This document shows positions 36,826 to 57,702 of a DNA stretch of 64,000 nt, piece by piece. The notes beneath the pieces were generated by a model. That model did no database searches and had not been told where the DNA came from. It saw only the letters and a list, made by a program, of their open reading frames with translations. The stretch lies in contig NW_024704743.1 of the NCBI RefSeq assembly GCF_018977255.1, forward strand, positions 2,482,001 through 2,546,000. The letters run 5' to 3'. Position numbers and translations under genes: made by a program. Source of the DNA: Callorhinchus milii. Its lineage: Eukaryota. Position 1 is the first letter of the stretch. Each line of letters begins with the position of its first letter.

Positions 36826-39800
36826 TAAGTGAATGTCACAAAGCCTACCTATAGCTGTAGAGAACGAGTGTAGTGAATCTTCTGCTTGTTAAATTTACTG
36901 TCTGTAATTACTAAAATATTGTCCCCTGGGATTTATTGCTTGTGATAATGTCCAAGGAGCTGAAATTGGCCTTTAACCTGGGATAAGCAGCCAACTGCTA
37001 AAATAACTGCCTCCAATGGTAAAATATGGCAAATTAGCAATATAAATTACAGCAGGAGTCACCTGGATTCAACAGCCATAAGCTGGAAGCAATTGGTTTA
37101 AACAAAGAAGAAGTTAAGGAGTATACTATGTGTCTGCCATGTGTCTCATTTTCTTGTTGTTCTCTCACGTCCTCCTGACGCGAAAAGCGCTATATCAAAT
37201 GCAAGGATTATTATTATTATTTTTTAACCTGCCAATCCAGCAATGGCTCCTCCAATGACCTGATGGGTAAAGGCAGTGGATACAAGACCTGTGCAATTGT
37301 CACTGTCTAGAATCACACATGAAGGACGACTCTTGGGTGAGAGTCGGAGGTGCCACCCTTCAGATAATAATAATCCTTGCATTTGATATATCGCCTTAAC
37401 ACATCTTTGAGACGTCTCAAAGCTCTGCACAGAATAGACTGTAAAGTGAATTGACTACACCTTGTGGGTGAAACATATACCTGTCTTGTTTTTTGCTTGG
37501 CGAGGTGTGACATTAAACATCAATGTCGTACGGAAAATAAAACTCAAGAGGCTGACCACACACACTCACAAACCTCTCTCATCTTTTGAAAGTAGTAACG
37601 GTAAGGCCAGGGTTTTAGAGGGATTAGATTTTATTGCGGATGGAATACCACAATTGGGCTTTGGGTACAGAGTCCAGGATTAGCGCCATAAAGGTGTGAG
37701 CTCTTCATAAATGGCAGCTTTGTCTTGACAATTATGTGATAAGGTATGTATCTGAGGGGGTGAAATTGAACGTCAGATGCTATCAGTGCAATTTACAAGG
37801 CATACAGTACAGTCTCTTTGATCTCTGTGAAAGATTATTGCTCCCATAGAAGGGCAGAGGTATCTGCTGTTAACATAATCATTTCCAAATCGCATTGTTG
37901 GTGTGGGAGATCTGTTAAACTGTGCTCCAGTTTATCACTCTCCGAAAGACACTGGAACGTGTCACCCAGATGCCATAAAATACTTTTTCTGGAACTAAAT
38001 TCATCCCAGAAATAAAGCAAATGTGCCAGGGTGAGGGAGGGGAGAGGACATTAGTAGAAAGTTATTCTTAATGTCGAATTCGAGTTCATCTCAGATTTGT
38101 CTGTTAAGTATGACAAACTCGTGATTTCTGTTTTGCTTTACCTCTGTCTGCAATGTCTCAATGTTAGTCAATACGTAATGATATTTGCTGAGGAATTCAC
38201 AAGATCAGTGAACAATCGATTTCTCTCCCAATCTACTATATTGCAAGACCGACAGCAAAGTGTACGAAGTGATAAGATAAATCACACCTGTTCACATCAG
38301 TTGCTTATCTCTCAACGCATATTCATATTGGTCTAAAAATAAATGTTTTTTTTAAAAACGTTTCATATAAACTGCTGTGTACAATTGACTGCCTCATTTC
38401 ACCCGCAAAATACAGTCAATTTGCTTTTCACTTGTATATTCTGTGAAGCGCTTTGAGAAGCCTCAACAATGTGATAAGGCGCTATATCAAATGCAAGGAT
38501 TATTATTATTACTTCCCTCTTTTTAATTAAATTTATATTTCTTCATTTCATTTGACATGGATATTCCACCTTTGCCCTTCATTTGCTCTGCCTGTAAGTT
38601 TCCATTCCCTAACCCTAACCCTTCTGTCTGTGTCTGTGCGTAAAACGATATCTCAGTAACATTGTTAACAAAATAAAATGCCATTTAAACTTCACATTAT
38701 TTCACTGACATTACCTATCATTTTGTCAGACGAGATGCAAACACGATGGGATCGTCGAATGTTTCTTGTGATGATCAGCAACTGCTTGGGTAGGTGATAT
38801 GTCAGGCAATAAACACAAAGCCAGACCCTTTAAAACATCAGATGGAGTGAGCGCATTATCATTTATTATACCAGTAATTAACGATTCATATTGTTGTGTT
38901 TGTTGCATATTTTCACACTGGTGTCCTTCATGCGAGATGCTTAATACTTCCAGCTGCTCGAATCTTGTTTAGGAAAATCACACCCACAAGTGTTTGCCAC
39001 ACAACTCACGAGGGATAAAAGGGAAACTGCCACTTAATGTTCCACATTAATTACTGATTGTCATGCGCGGTTACTGGGCTGAACCAGGGATTGGATTTAA
39101 TTTTGCTGTAATCGATTGCTCGAATGGCTACAGTGACAGTAATGAATTGATCTTTAATTTATTGGCCAGTTCTACACGCTTGCTCCATTACTTTCAGGGT
39201 GCATGCATTTCTGCTGACCTCACCACAATCCACTGGAATTTAAAACGCAGACGTTAAAAAAAACATTGCAGGAAGTCAAAGACCTTCATGCCTCGTGTGC
39301 AAGCCGGAAGCTGTTTTGTCCAGTATTATTTTACACATTGTCTGCCTCGTTCCTTCAACTGATATAGAAATGTAATATAATAATCCTTGCATTTGATATA
39401 GCACCTTTCATGTCAGGAGAACATCTCAAAGCGCTCCCCAGGATTTACTGTAAAGTGGACGGATTATGTATTTTGAGGGAGAAACTCAGCAGCCGATTGA
39501 GCACAGCAGCGTCCCATAACCAGCCCGAACAGTCATGGACTGAGTGGGGGTTTTTTTAGGGATTTTCCAAATTGCTATTCCTTTTTAATTATAGAAAATC
39601 TGTAGCTCAGTTCTTTTTAGCTATAAAATTCAAGGGCAATATAATGATATATATTATATATATAATACAATGTAATACAATATAATAACCATTTGGAAGA
39701 AGAGTGGATATCTACAGTGTGAATAAAGTATTTTTTTAAAGCATTATGTGTTGTTAATCTGTTAACCCTAAGTAATTGGAAATATTTATATAGACTAAAT

Positions 39801-40017
39801 ATATGTATATAATATATATATCTAACAAGAAGCTTGACTCTTGCTAGTTGTGAGTGGAAAGGCAGCCCATCATTATTCATATTATTCGTGCCAGGATTAT
39901 TGTTGTTGTTAATAATAATGGTGGGCCTTTCTGAAATGCAGTAAAAGTGAAAACTTCACCTTCATTTTATATCACGAAAGAAGTGCCAAAAGGTGTCCTT
40001 GTTGCTGACAAATGGAT

Positions 40018-40319
40018 GTGGAGTCCTGTAGTATAATGGTTAGTGCACTCGCCTCGCAAACGAGAGGATTTGGGTTTGATTCTCGGGCTTGTGGCGTAAG
40101 GAAACTTGCCTAAGGTTTTGCCGCCTTATCAAGTTTCCTTATTCCACACAGTGGTCAATTGGCGGATGGTTTTCTGGGGATAATTATCCCTCCAAAAAAA
40201 ATAATAATTTGGTCACAAAATAGGCAGACTTTGCAGTATATTCTATGCAGCGCATTGAGACGTCTCGAAGGCGTGATGACGTGCTGTATCAAATGCAAGG
40301 TTTATTATTATTATTATTA
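40018..40319 (+). mobile_element. tRNA-derived SINE, internally deleted
   Basis: GTGGAGTCCTGTAG head, GGTTTGATTC B-box-like, tail AAATGCAAGG(TTA)n. Confidence 0.82.
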
Positions 40320-41392
40320 TAGTGGGAACTGAGCTGAGTTGCACGTGAGAGAAAAATAGAAAAGAGAGAAAGGCGAATGGTTAGACTTGTGCAGAGAGAC
40401 AGAGGGAGGGGAGTTTGGACAAGAAGCAACTGCGGTGAGAAGATTTGCTCTAAATATTTGCGGGCATCAGATACACTGGTGTGAATTCCTGTGAAAACAC
40501 TGAGTGCCTCTCATTTCCTCCTGAGCTGATAATATAATGTACATTTGTTTGCAGACTCGCGTTTCACGCTGCAATGCACAAACGTTTAATATCTTTCCTG
40601 ACGTCTTCGCATAAACGAATGTCAAAGGGGCAGCTGGAATACATATATATATATATGTATATAATATATGTTGTTACGAACGTAAAACAAAATGTACAAT
40701 GATTTTTTTAAAAAAAGAAAATGGAAGTTGGATAAAATTGGGTGTCAGAACTGTCCAGTGCTTTATTTATAATTGTTAGTCTATTTGGGTTTTAAGTGGC
40801 AACGACACAGAAAAAAAAAATCAATGGGAAAAAAAAATCGTCGCCTCTTAACTTTCTAATTTTATCAGCAAATATGGTGAGAGTTTCGAAATAAAAAAAA
40901 ATCGATGAAGGTAACCAGAGGTGGGAATAAACACAACATAAATATGATTCATCTGCTCGAAACATGTTCTCACACACACTCACACTCTCCCAATCCCCCT
41001 CTCTCTCTCTCTCTCACTCACTCACCACTGATTGATGAGGGCCATAGCAGTGGTTTATTAAAATAAACCCATTTCAGCTCTGGTGTTAAATGTTTCTGCA
41101 GTTTGACTCGATCCTAATGTTTGTTCTGCAGCACATTTGCACGGATCCGATAAAACCATTAGCAGTCCTTTCTCAGAACACAGTGCAGATGGTTTTTGTG
41201 GGGGGGGTTGTTGGGGGGGGGGGGGGTGGGGAGGGGGTGAGAGAGTTGGCTTTGCTGTAATGTGCACAGACTAAGGCTGAATGAGAATCAGAGTAGGTTT
41301 GAGATTTCTACAATTGCAAATCAGAAGCTGTTGTTTTTGGGGCTCAAATGTCGCCGCCGACATCTGAGACAATGTTCTCCAAACATATAATT

Positions 41393-41438
<46 letters not shown>

Positions 41439-41909
41439 ATATATTTACTCCTGTACACACGCCACAAATTAATCCCTTGCAATTAAGAGGATGTTGATCA
41501 GAAATCTGCGACACGGTTTTGCTAATAAACCGGTTGTGCGGAAATGCGACGATTATTAAATTGCTTTTTTTTTGTCACGAAGACTGCAGAAACCATGTGG
41601 GGGTGTGGGGAGGGGGTGGTGTGGGGGTGTGGGGAGGGGGGGGTGTGGGGGTGTTTTTTCGGACGTGAAAAAATGCCAACAAAAAGAGAAAGAAAATGCG
41701 GGAAGAATTTAAATTCGTAATACAACTGGCTGTTGACTGGAGCCCTGCAGAAATTATTTAGCTTTATTTTATTATGTTATATATATAATATTATATATAT
41801 ATATATATAAGGTGCCTCCTTTAGCCGCGCCGTCCAATTGGTCCGATAAAACGAATCCAAACTCGATTCACTGTTCAAAATGCTTCTGAAACGGTGTTCA
41901 TACAAAACA

Positions 41910-41915
41910 TTTATT
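41910..41915 (-). terminator. Candidate MNX1 polyadenylation signal
   Basis: TTTATT on plus (AATAAA on minus) about 0.7 kb downstream of the stop. Other AATAAA copies lie nearer (about 42897? not supported) is excluded; a further one is near 41763. Confidence 0.4.
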
Positions 41916-42628
41916 GTGCGCGTTACAACAACAACTATGTGTGTGTGGGGGGGGGGGGTTGGTGGGGGTTTGGGGGGTGGGGGGGTGGGGTTGGTGGGGT
42001 GGTTTGGGGGTGTGGGGGGGGGTTGGTGGGGTGGTTTGGGGGTGGGGGGGGGGGTTGGTGGGGTGGTTTGGGGGTGGGGGGGGACAGAGGAACGTCCTTT
42101 AGTTAACACAGTTATAACATGCAGAACGAGAGGCGAAGTTTCATATAAATACAATACAAAAATAAACACAAAATTCCTGCAAATCTGCCACTTTCTCTCA
42201 AACGTCTGGAGCTGAACCAAACAGAACAGACTGGACAGCCACAGGGGGTGCAACCCCCCAACATATAGATATATAATAGATATATATAACAGATATATAT
42301 ATATATATATATATACCGTCAGGGAAAAAAACAAACGGGAAACAATCTGCGGGTTCAAGCCCCACTTCTTCAAGTCACGTTGTCGCCACAACAGTTTGTT
42401 TTTAACTGTTCGAGGACTTTCTTGTCTTCCGGGGGCGGAAAATAGGAGGTTTCGGGGATTGGAGAGAGGGGGAGGGGGAGAGGGAGAGGGAGAGGGAGGG
42501 AGTGGGAGAGAGAGAGGGGGAAGGGGAGAGGGAGAGAGGGAGTGAGAGAGGGAGAGAGTGATGGGGAGAGAGAGAGTGGGAGAGAGGGAGAGGGAGGGGG
42601 AGAGGGAGACCGAGACAGAGGGGATCAG

Positions 42629-49652
<7,024 letters not shown>

Positions 49653-50149
49653 CGGCTCAGAGTCCCGGGTCAGTTATGGGGGTACAGGGAGAGAGGTGGG
49701 GGGTGGGAGCGGGGTGGGGGGGGGGAGAGAGAGAAGAGGAGGGAGAGGGAGAGAGAGGAGGAGGGAGAGGAAGATTTGTTTCTACGAAAAATAAAATCTA
49801 CGAGTCAAAAGAAAGTATCTGGAACCAAATGCCCAATCTAATCCCCCCCCCAACCCCCGGTCCCCCCCCCCCACCCCAACCCCACTTTCCGCCAGAGAGA
49901 CGAGCCGAGAGGAGATCTCTTGGGACTGGAGTTACTGTCGCGGCTGTTCGGCTCCACCTGGAGCCAAGTTGGTAAATGTCACACTCGAAGACTTCAGGAT
50001 GGGTCCAGTGGATGGGTGAAGAAGATGATGAAGATGATGGTGGTGGTGGTGGCTTTGCTGCGGGGAGCGGTGTTGGAGCGCTGAGGTCCAATGCTGAGTC
50101 TGGTTTGGTCGGGAGGAGAAAGCGCGCCACTTGTCCATCTCAGCCGCCC

Positions 50150-50340
50150 TCCTATTGGCCAGGATTGTGATACACCGTGTAAAGGGGGAGGGGTCACGGG
50201 GTCAGAATGGAGACAACGACACTCCTGATTGGCTGATATGGAGACCGGGTGCTCCTGATTGGACCTTTGGTCCTGATTGAGCTGCTGAGCTTCAGAGCGG
50301 ATTGGTCTGAGACTCATCCTCGACTCTTCTATTGGACACT
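50150..50340 (-). promoter_or_regulatory. MNX1 proximal promoter CCAAT-box cluster
   Basis: Five ATTGG (CCAAT on the minus strand) at 50154, 50228, 50258, 50301, 50331, 0.5-0.7 kb upstream of the ATG. Confidence 0.6.
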
Positions 50341-52017
50341 TTCCCACCTCCCCCTTTCCCTTCCCCTCGGGTCAATCGGTCGCCCCCCACCCACCGCACC
50401 CCCACCCCCCCTCACCCCCTGCCCCCCCCCCCAACCCCCGCCCTCCCAGTTGAGAAGAAATCACTGTTTAGTTATTCGAAGAGATAATCTGTTTCATTAA
50501 ACTAATTCAGAGGTGTTGATGTTGATCAATCAGAGCTGTTGATGTTGTTGTTCTTTTCTCTCTCTCTCTCTCCCTGAGATTCGGGGTGAAAAGGTCTTTG
50601 TAATTGGGACGTTCAGGGTTTCGTGGCCCCGTTTCAACCCCAAACCCCACTCCGCCGTCCCGGTGTGAGTGAAAACTAAGACGTCTCAAAGCCACAAACC
50701 CACCCCTTTAGTTGCGGATCGGCGGGTCACAGAGGCGAAGATTTTAAGCTCATTTGTTTGAATTCGGGAGAGAGGGTAATTAAAAATGCGTTTACACGGA
50801 TCAATACGGTTTAAGTTAATGAATAAGAACTAGTTTGGGTTTTTTTTTGGGGGGGGGGGCGGGAAAAAATCGCGTGTTCTCATTGAGATGTGATTTCGCA
50901 GCTTTCGTTCACTCATAACTCGTTTGATGTCAGCGATCGGGAGAGAGGGATAACAACAAATAAAGGTGTGCAGCTGTGTTGAGCCAATGTCATGTTATCC
51001 ATCCTCCAGATCACAACAAGTGTGAAAACGTGAGTAAACAACTACTGTGTGTGTTATGTCTGACTAACTGTTCAATGCGCTCTTCGGTGACTTTCCCCAT
51101 TTTATTGGAACTTTACCACCAATTACGGTTCTCTGGGTATATATATATATATATATATATTATTTTTGGGGGGTTTGGGGACGCGGGGATTCAGACAATT
51201 TAAACAAATTCGACCAAAGCTGAGCCTCGAACATTTGGAGTAAATTGTAGGGAATGTAAAGATGTTAATTTTGTGAGATTTTCGCTTCCTAACTCAATAA
51301 TAATAACAATACTAATCCTTGCATTCGACATAGAGCCTCAATGACGTTGTAAGGCGCTATATCAAATGCAATGATCATTCCTGTTATTATTACTATTATC
51401 ATAAACTGGTCATTGGTTTTGGACACCGGTAACGCTGAGACAACCGGTTAAATATTCCCCGAAACAGGCGTTTGAAAATAAATATACGGTGGACAATATC
51501 TGGAAGCGACATATATCTCTCCCACCGAAATATACAGTCAATGCGTGTGAAGCGCCTTGAGACGTCTCGGAGACGGGGTGAGGCGCTGTATCAAATGCGA
51601 GGATTAATATTATTGCACTTTAAATATTTCCATCTAAACCACACCGCCGAGAGCCGGGGGTTATGGCACTGTTTTGGACGTCAGTGCAATCGCAAAAGCA
51701 AATGCACAGTTTAATGCTGTTGCACGTGGATTCCAATCAGGTTTGGCTTATATCGGGTATTTCATTCCCATCATATCTGGTGTGTTTTGGGGAGATCTCT
51801 GGGTCGTTACCCGCGAGGGGGGGGGGGGGGGGGTGAGGGAGGGGGGAACCCGCGACCCTTAATAAATACAATAAATTAATTCGAGGAACTTTGCGATAGA
51901 GCGTCCGCCGGTCCCTCTCTCTGTCTCTCTCAGTTGAGGACGGGGTAAGTGTGTGTGTGTGGTGCGCAGCTGTAAAGCTAACACTTTGATAGGAAATGAA
52001 AGACTATGTTATACATA

Positions 52018-52051
<34 letters not shown>

Positions 52052-52210
52052 CCGGTGATAAAGGACATCCCTTCTGCTCGGCTGCAGGGTTCTGGCTGCT
52101 GCCCGAACCTGGTGTTAATGGTACATTTACGAAAGCAATTTCTTTACAGAGTGCAATGATGTTGGGGCGGGGGGGGGGGGGGGAGATGGAGGGGGGGGGG
52201 GGGGCTCCTC

Positions 52211-52345
52211 ATCAGCCTGATATCAGGCAGCACCATTTAATGGATGAGCGGGTCAGGATCAGAGTTATTGACACCCGCCTCTCGGTAACCTGTTTCCCAA
52301 TAAAGCTGATTACATTGGGTCCATTCATCAGCCGATTCCCCTCTC
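52211..52345 (-). promoter_or_regulatory. Conserved Hb9/MNX1 motor-neuron enhancer, region B-like (Hox/Pbx sites)
   Basis: Minus strand reads GCTGATGAATGGAC..TAATCAGCTTTATTGGGAAACAGGTT..GTGTCAATAAC..CCTGACCC..TCCATTA..CAGGCTGAT, matching my recollection of the mouse 125-bp Hb9 enhancer; not aligned computationally. Confidence 0.8.
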
Positions 52346-55300
52346 ACTGTGACTGCACCAAAGCAGAGTTTGCTCGAGGGAAATCAGCAAAGGCCTCAGC
52401 TCCCACCAGCCCGGGGGGGGGTCTGCGGCTAATTCTGTGGTCATTTCTATTTCCCTCATTGAGCTATCAGCCTGGTGAAGGGGTCAACCCCCCCCCCCCC
52501 ACCATCCCCCCACCAAATGTTAACCCCCCCACCCACCTCCCGCCCTTTTTTCCCATTCAATTCAGAAGCGAAATGATTGACTTGTTGTGGATTTTTCGCC
52601 CTTGTTCCCCCCCCCCCCCCCCCCCCCCACCCCACCGCCCCGCGATGTAAAGTGGATTGACTGTGTTTTCTGGGAGTTTCACCCCCAGACACACACCTCA
52701 CTTCACTTCGCAGTCTATTCTGTGAAGCGCTTTGAGGCGTCTCTCTCTCTCTCTCTCTCTCTCCCAACGACGCGTTAAGGCGCCACAACGCGTGTAAGGA
52801 TTACTGTAATAATTGCGGTTTAAATATCAATCGGGTCATTCTATTTTGTTCAGAAACATTTCTGCTGTAGCCATTACAATATTCTGCTTATCCCTTTCAT
52901 TCAATCTGGATCCATTTGAAGGGACTAAAAGTTTACAACTTTTTTAGGGGGGAAAAAGATATCCTTTCATAGTGCACCTAAAGTATTATTTTTTTATTTT
53001 TGCAACGTGCGGTACATCAGAATAATAAGAATAAGAATACTAAAAAGCTTGCAATTTGATAAAGGGCCCTATTGCGTCTTCAACACATCTCAAAGGGCTT
53101 CACAGAGTATATTGTAAGGTGAATTGACTGTATATTTTGGGTGAAGCGTACATACACTTTCTTTGCGGTGAGAGTTTGTCAGTTTCCTCCTTTTGCAGAC
53201 ATGAAGACAAAGTGAGTTAACATCTTTGTGAAAGTGATCCAATCGCATTAGTACAGCTCGATGTGTCCGGTTTGTCCGAGTGACTGATGCGGCTTCGTTC
53301 AACACAGAAGCTGTGCAGTTATTTCGTGGCCGATCGGGTGAATCCGTTGACATTCGCTTCGCACAGAAATTCGCATCGCATCGCATCGGTTTCGTTTTTT
53401 AAAAATACAACGTACGTGTATGTATGAGAAACGAATGAACTCCTAATACTTGTAACCACACGTGTGGTGTCTGTACAGAGCCATACGCTAAATGTCACCT
53501 AAACACTGAATTGCTGCAAAGTACCACTAAATCTTAAGGCTAAGATGTCCCAATCTACTCATCTGTGTAGTGACATATACTGTATGTGTATGTATATGTG
53601 CATATGTGTTTGTGTATCTATACTGTGTGAGTAAGTATAGTATATATACAGTATATACACTATATATACACTCACACACATACCCAAAGATTTACAAAGA
53701 ATGTACAGCACAGAAACCTTAGATCCCTTTTAATCCACACAACAGCAATTCTGATGTAAGTTTCCGACTCTCTGACCAGTAAAAACCGCCCATTTACGGT
53801 GAACCTCATCGAACTCTTTTATAATTTTAAAGATTCCTGTTAGGTCACCCCCACCCCCACCGCCTTCAACCTCTCTTCTCTATCAATAAAAGGCCCTGTG
53901 ACCCACCAGTCTGTCCCGACAGCAGTGACCCTCAGCCTTGGTATCGTTCTCGTGAACCTCGACTGTGCTCTTCCCATCGTTGCTGTTTAGTGCGGAGATC
54001 AGAAAACTGACCAAATACTCCCTTATGGTAATAATAATAATAATAATACTAATAATAACCCTTTCATTTGATGTAGTGTTTTATCAGGTCTTCGAGACGT
54101 CTCGGAGCGCTTCACAGGATGTAATGTAAAGTGAATTGACTGTATATTTTGTGGATTTGGTCATATTTCGTATACATTTAACATCACCTCCTCCTCATAT
54201 CCACCGGGATATAAAACCCCAGACCTCATTGGCTTTATTTTTCTTTTAGCTTTATTTACCCGTGTGGTTACTTTTAGAAACTTCACTCTCTCTCTCTCTC
54301 TCTCTCTCAGAGAGAGTCCCCGTAATCCCACATTTCAGGTGGATTTTAACCTGATGTTTTCACTCTGAAAAGCTGAGGGGGAGTGGAAGGAATAAAGGAG
54401 TGTTTGATGCCACGTTGTCAGTGCCACAGGAAAGAGAAGGGAGAAAAAAAAACTACGAGGTAAAGTTTAAGTCTTAAAAATAGATTTGCCATAAAGTGAG
54501 GTTAGGTGAGAGTGAGTGAGTGAAGATTTTTAATCAGAATATCAACCAAATTGATTCCCAACGCGGTTACAGGTCAGGAAATGCGTTTGCAATGCAGATT
54601 GAGGTACCAGGAAAACAGAGAGCAGATCTATAAATCTGTAATGTAATGAGCTCGGCTTACAGCTCACTTTGTAATTGCTGGAAATAAACGTTGAAAGTTA
54701 CAAATTAGTTTTGAAGACATATAAAACGGCGACAGTTCACCCGAGTAACCCCCTGGAGAGATAGCAGCTGATTACAGCGATAGAAATATTGCTCTTATTA
54801 AATTAGTTTTTATGCCCTCTTTAGTCGATACGACGGTTTAATAACCTTAATAACATCCAAAGGACGTATTACATTCCCGGTTCGAGATTGAAGAATTAAA
54901 TTATAAGGGGTTATTCGTGTGTGTGTGTAAAAAAAAATAAAGAAGTAAAATAATAATAATGTGGTCACTGAAACCGCGGCTGTTTGTGGGGACACTGAGT
55001 TTCACCCACAAAACGTACAGTCAATTCACTTGACGGTATCTCCTGTGAAGCGCCTTTGAGACGTCTCGAGGTTGTGATAAGGCGCCGTAATCAAATGCGA
55101 GGATTATTATTATTACTTTTATTTCGTGTTATCGACAGAGGAATCGTACTAAAATGATAGGATTATTCACCAGTTAACCACCAGCTGTGGTGTGTGCACA
55201 GGATTTTAAATGCTTACTGCAATATATGGAGGGATTAACATCATACATTTGTCATCGCCTCGCGGTTAGTTAGTTAGTTAGTTAGTTAGTTAGTCAGTCA

Positions 55301-56008
55301 GTTAGTTAGTTAATTGCATTCTATCTCATGCTATAAATTGATAGAGTCTGGTAGATAGTGATGGCCTGAGCAGTACTGGATTCAACATGTTTAAGGATTT
55401 TCTTCCCCTGAGATTTATGGCCTGACCCATTTCTTACCTTATTGTTTCAAAAAATAAAATTATTTCCATTTATTGTTTTTTTTAAAAAAAACTCGGAACG
55501 TGAAATCGATTTCGATTCGAATAAATGCCCCCGAGACCCCGGACCGACATTTCTACCGAATCGACGGCAAATTGGTTAAACAAAAATGTGCGTTTTAACT
55601 AAGGTATAAAATGCTTCAGGTTCACAGAGAGAGAGAGAGAGAGAGAGAGAGAATAAATAATGTGAGATTCCCAGTAGATCTGAAAGAGATAGATACCTGT
55701 TGATTTCCACAAAGGCCAAGTATTTAACGATATTATTATTATTATTATTTGGATATTATTATTATATTATATAATAAATATTATTATTTGGAAAGGGGAG
55801 AGGGAAGTCGGGCGGATGTCATTCTGACCTGGTCTGTGTGAGGCTCTGGGTTTATTGGCAGCTTCTCTCTCTCTCTCTCTCTCTCGGCTCAAGTTGTGGC
55901 TAAAAAAAACAATAGAAGAGGAAGGCGATCTTTGTGTGGCATCGGATTAAATATTTAATATACAACTACAGTGCGCGATATACAAGTAACACTAAACCGG
56001 CGTAAATC

Positions 56009-56410
56009 ACACACACACACACACATACAAATGCACACACACAAATGCACACACACACACACACTTGCACACACACACGCACATGCATACACACATGCAC
56101 ATGCACACACTTGCACACACACACATACACACACACACATGCACACACTTGCACAAACACACATACACACACACACTCACATGCATACACACATGCATAC
56201 ACACATGCACACACACACGCACACACTTGCACACACACATACACACACACAGACATGCACACACACACACATGTACACACACACATACACACACACACAT
56301 GCACACACACACACATGTACATACACACATACACACACACACACACACACATGTACACACACACACACATGCACACACACAGACACACACACACATGCAC
56401 ACATGCACAC
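56009..56410. repeat. Complex (CA)n/(CATG) microsatellite
   Basis: Direct inspection. Confidence 0.95.
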
Positions 56411-57538
56411 GCGGCAAATATAAACTCTACCACAGACCACAGTCCTGTGTCGCTCGGTCTGTGGAGGGAGAGTGTGAGGCAGTGGATGGGATGGGATGGA
56501 TTCGGGGCAATGCCGCAATCACTGCTCAACGTGAAGCCGAGATTCCCACAGCGACTTCTCAACCAAAAGCCTTTAAAGAAAATCCTCTGTAGCGTCTGAC
56601 CCTCACAGACCCCTCTCCACACCCCCCACACCCCCACCCCCCACCCCCCACATGGCCAATGTCACCCCCAAACAGAAAGCTCCTGAACCGTTTCAGATTT
56701 ACTGTGTTTATTTATCCCTCGTGAACGTGTTGAAGGAAAGGGATCTTTTTTCATTCATTCGTCGCATTAATGTCGGTGCGATTGTCTTTTTAAAATATAT
56801 ATAATGTATATATATAATGCAGTTATATATAGTGTATGTATATTTATATATAATGTGTGTATATTTATATATAACGTGTATTTAAATATAATGTGTATAT
56901 GTTTATATATAATGTGTATATATTTATATATAATGTGTATATATATATATATAATGTGTATTTATATATTTATATAATGTGTGTGTGTGTATATATATAT
57001 TTAGGTAAAATGTGAGGAAAATGTTAATATTTCAATGGGTTTGGGACTATACTCTGAATTTAATATCGTTACATTGTTAGAAACATTGAGAAGTCGTGGA
57101 ATTATTTGTTACTTTCACGACAATATTGTGAATATTAAATATTATGTGAATGTTAGATATGAAATCCAGGAGTTAAGATAAATAAGAAACACGAGTATCA
57201 ATTGTAAAACCAGATCTTCCGGATTAACACAATAAAGACATATACATATATATAAAATCATACATGTACAGTAAATTCTGTAATAACATGACTGGGAGAC
57301 TGTACCAGTTATAACTCACGTGTGAAACTAAAGCACAGATGTTCAGCATCTGTCCTCGATGTTATTAATTCTTTACATAATTATTATTTTTTTCCACAAA
57401 TAAAAATGAAGACACACGAAGGGTAATTATAACATCAGTACGTGTGTGTTCCTGGAAACAGTCTAAAAAAGATCAATATTTTTGTGGCAGAGAGAGAGGG
57501 GCAAAATCAGTCAGAGAGGTTTCAAAATAGATGAAGCC

Positions 57539-57655
<117 letters not shown>

Positions 57656-57702
57656 CAGCAGATCTCAAGAAACAGATTTCTTTCAAACAACAATGTCCCT
57701 TT

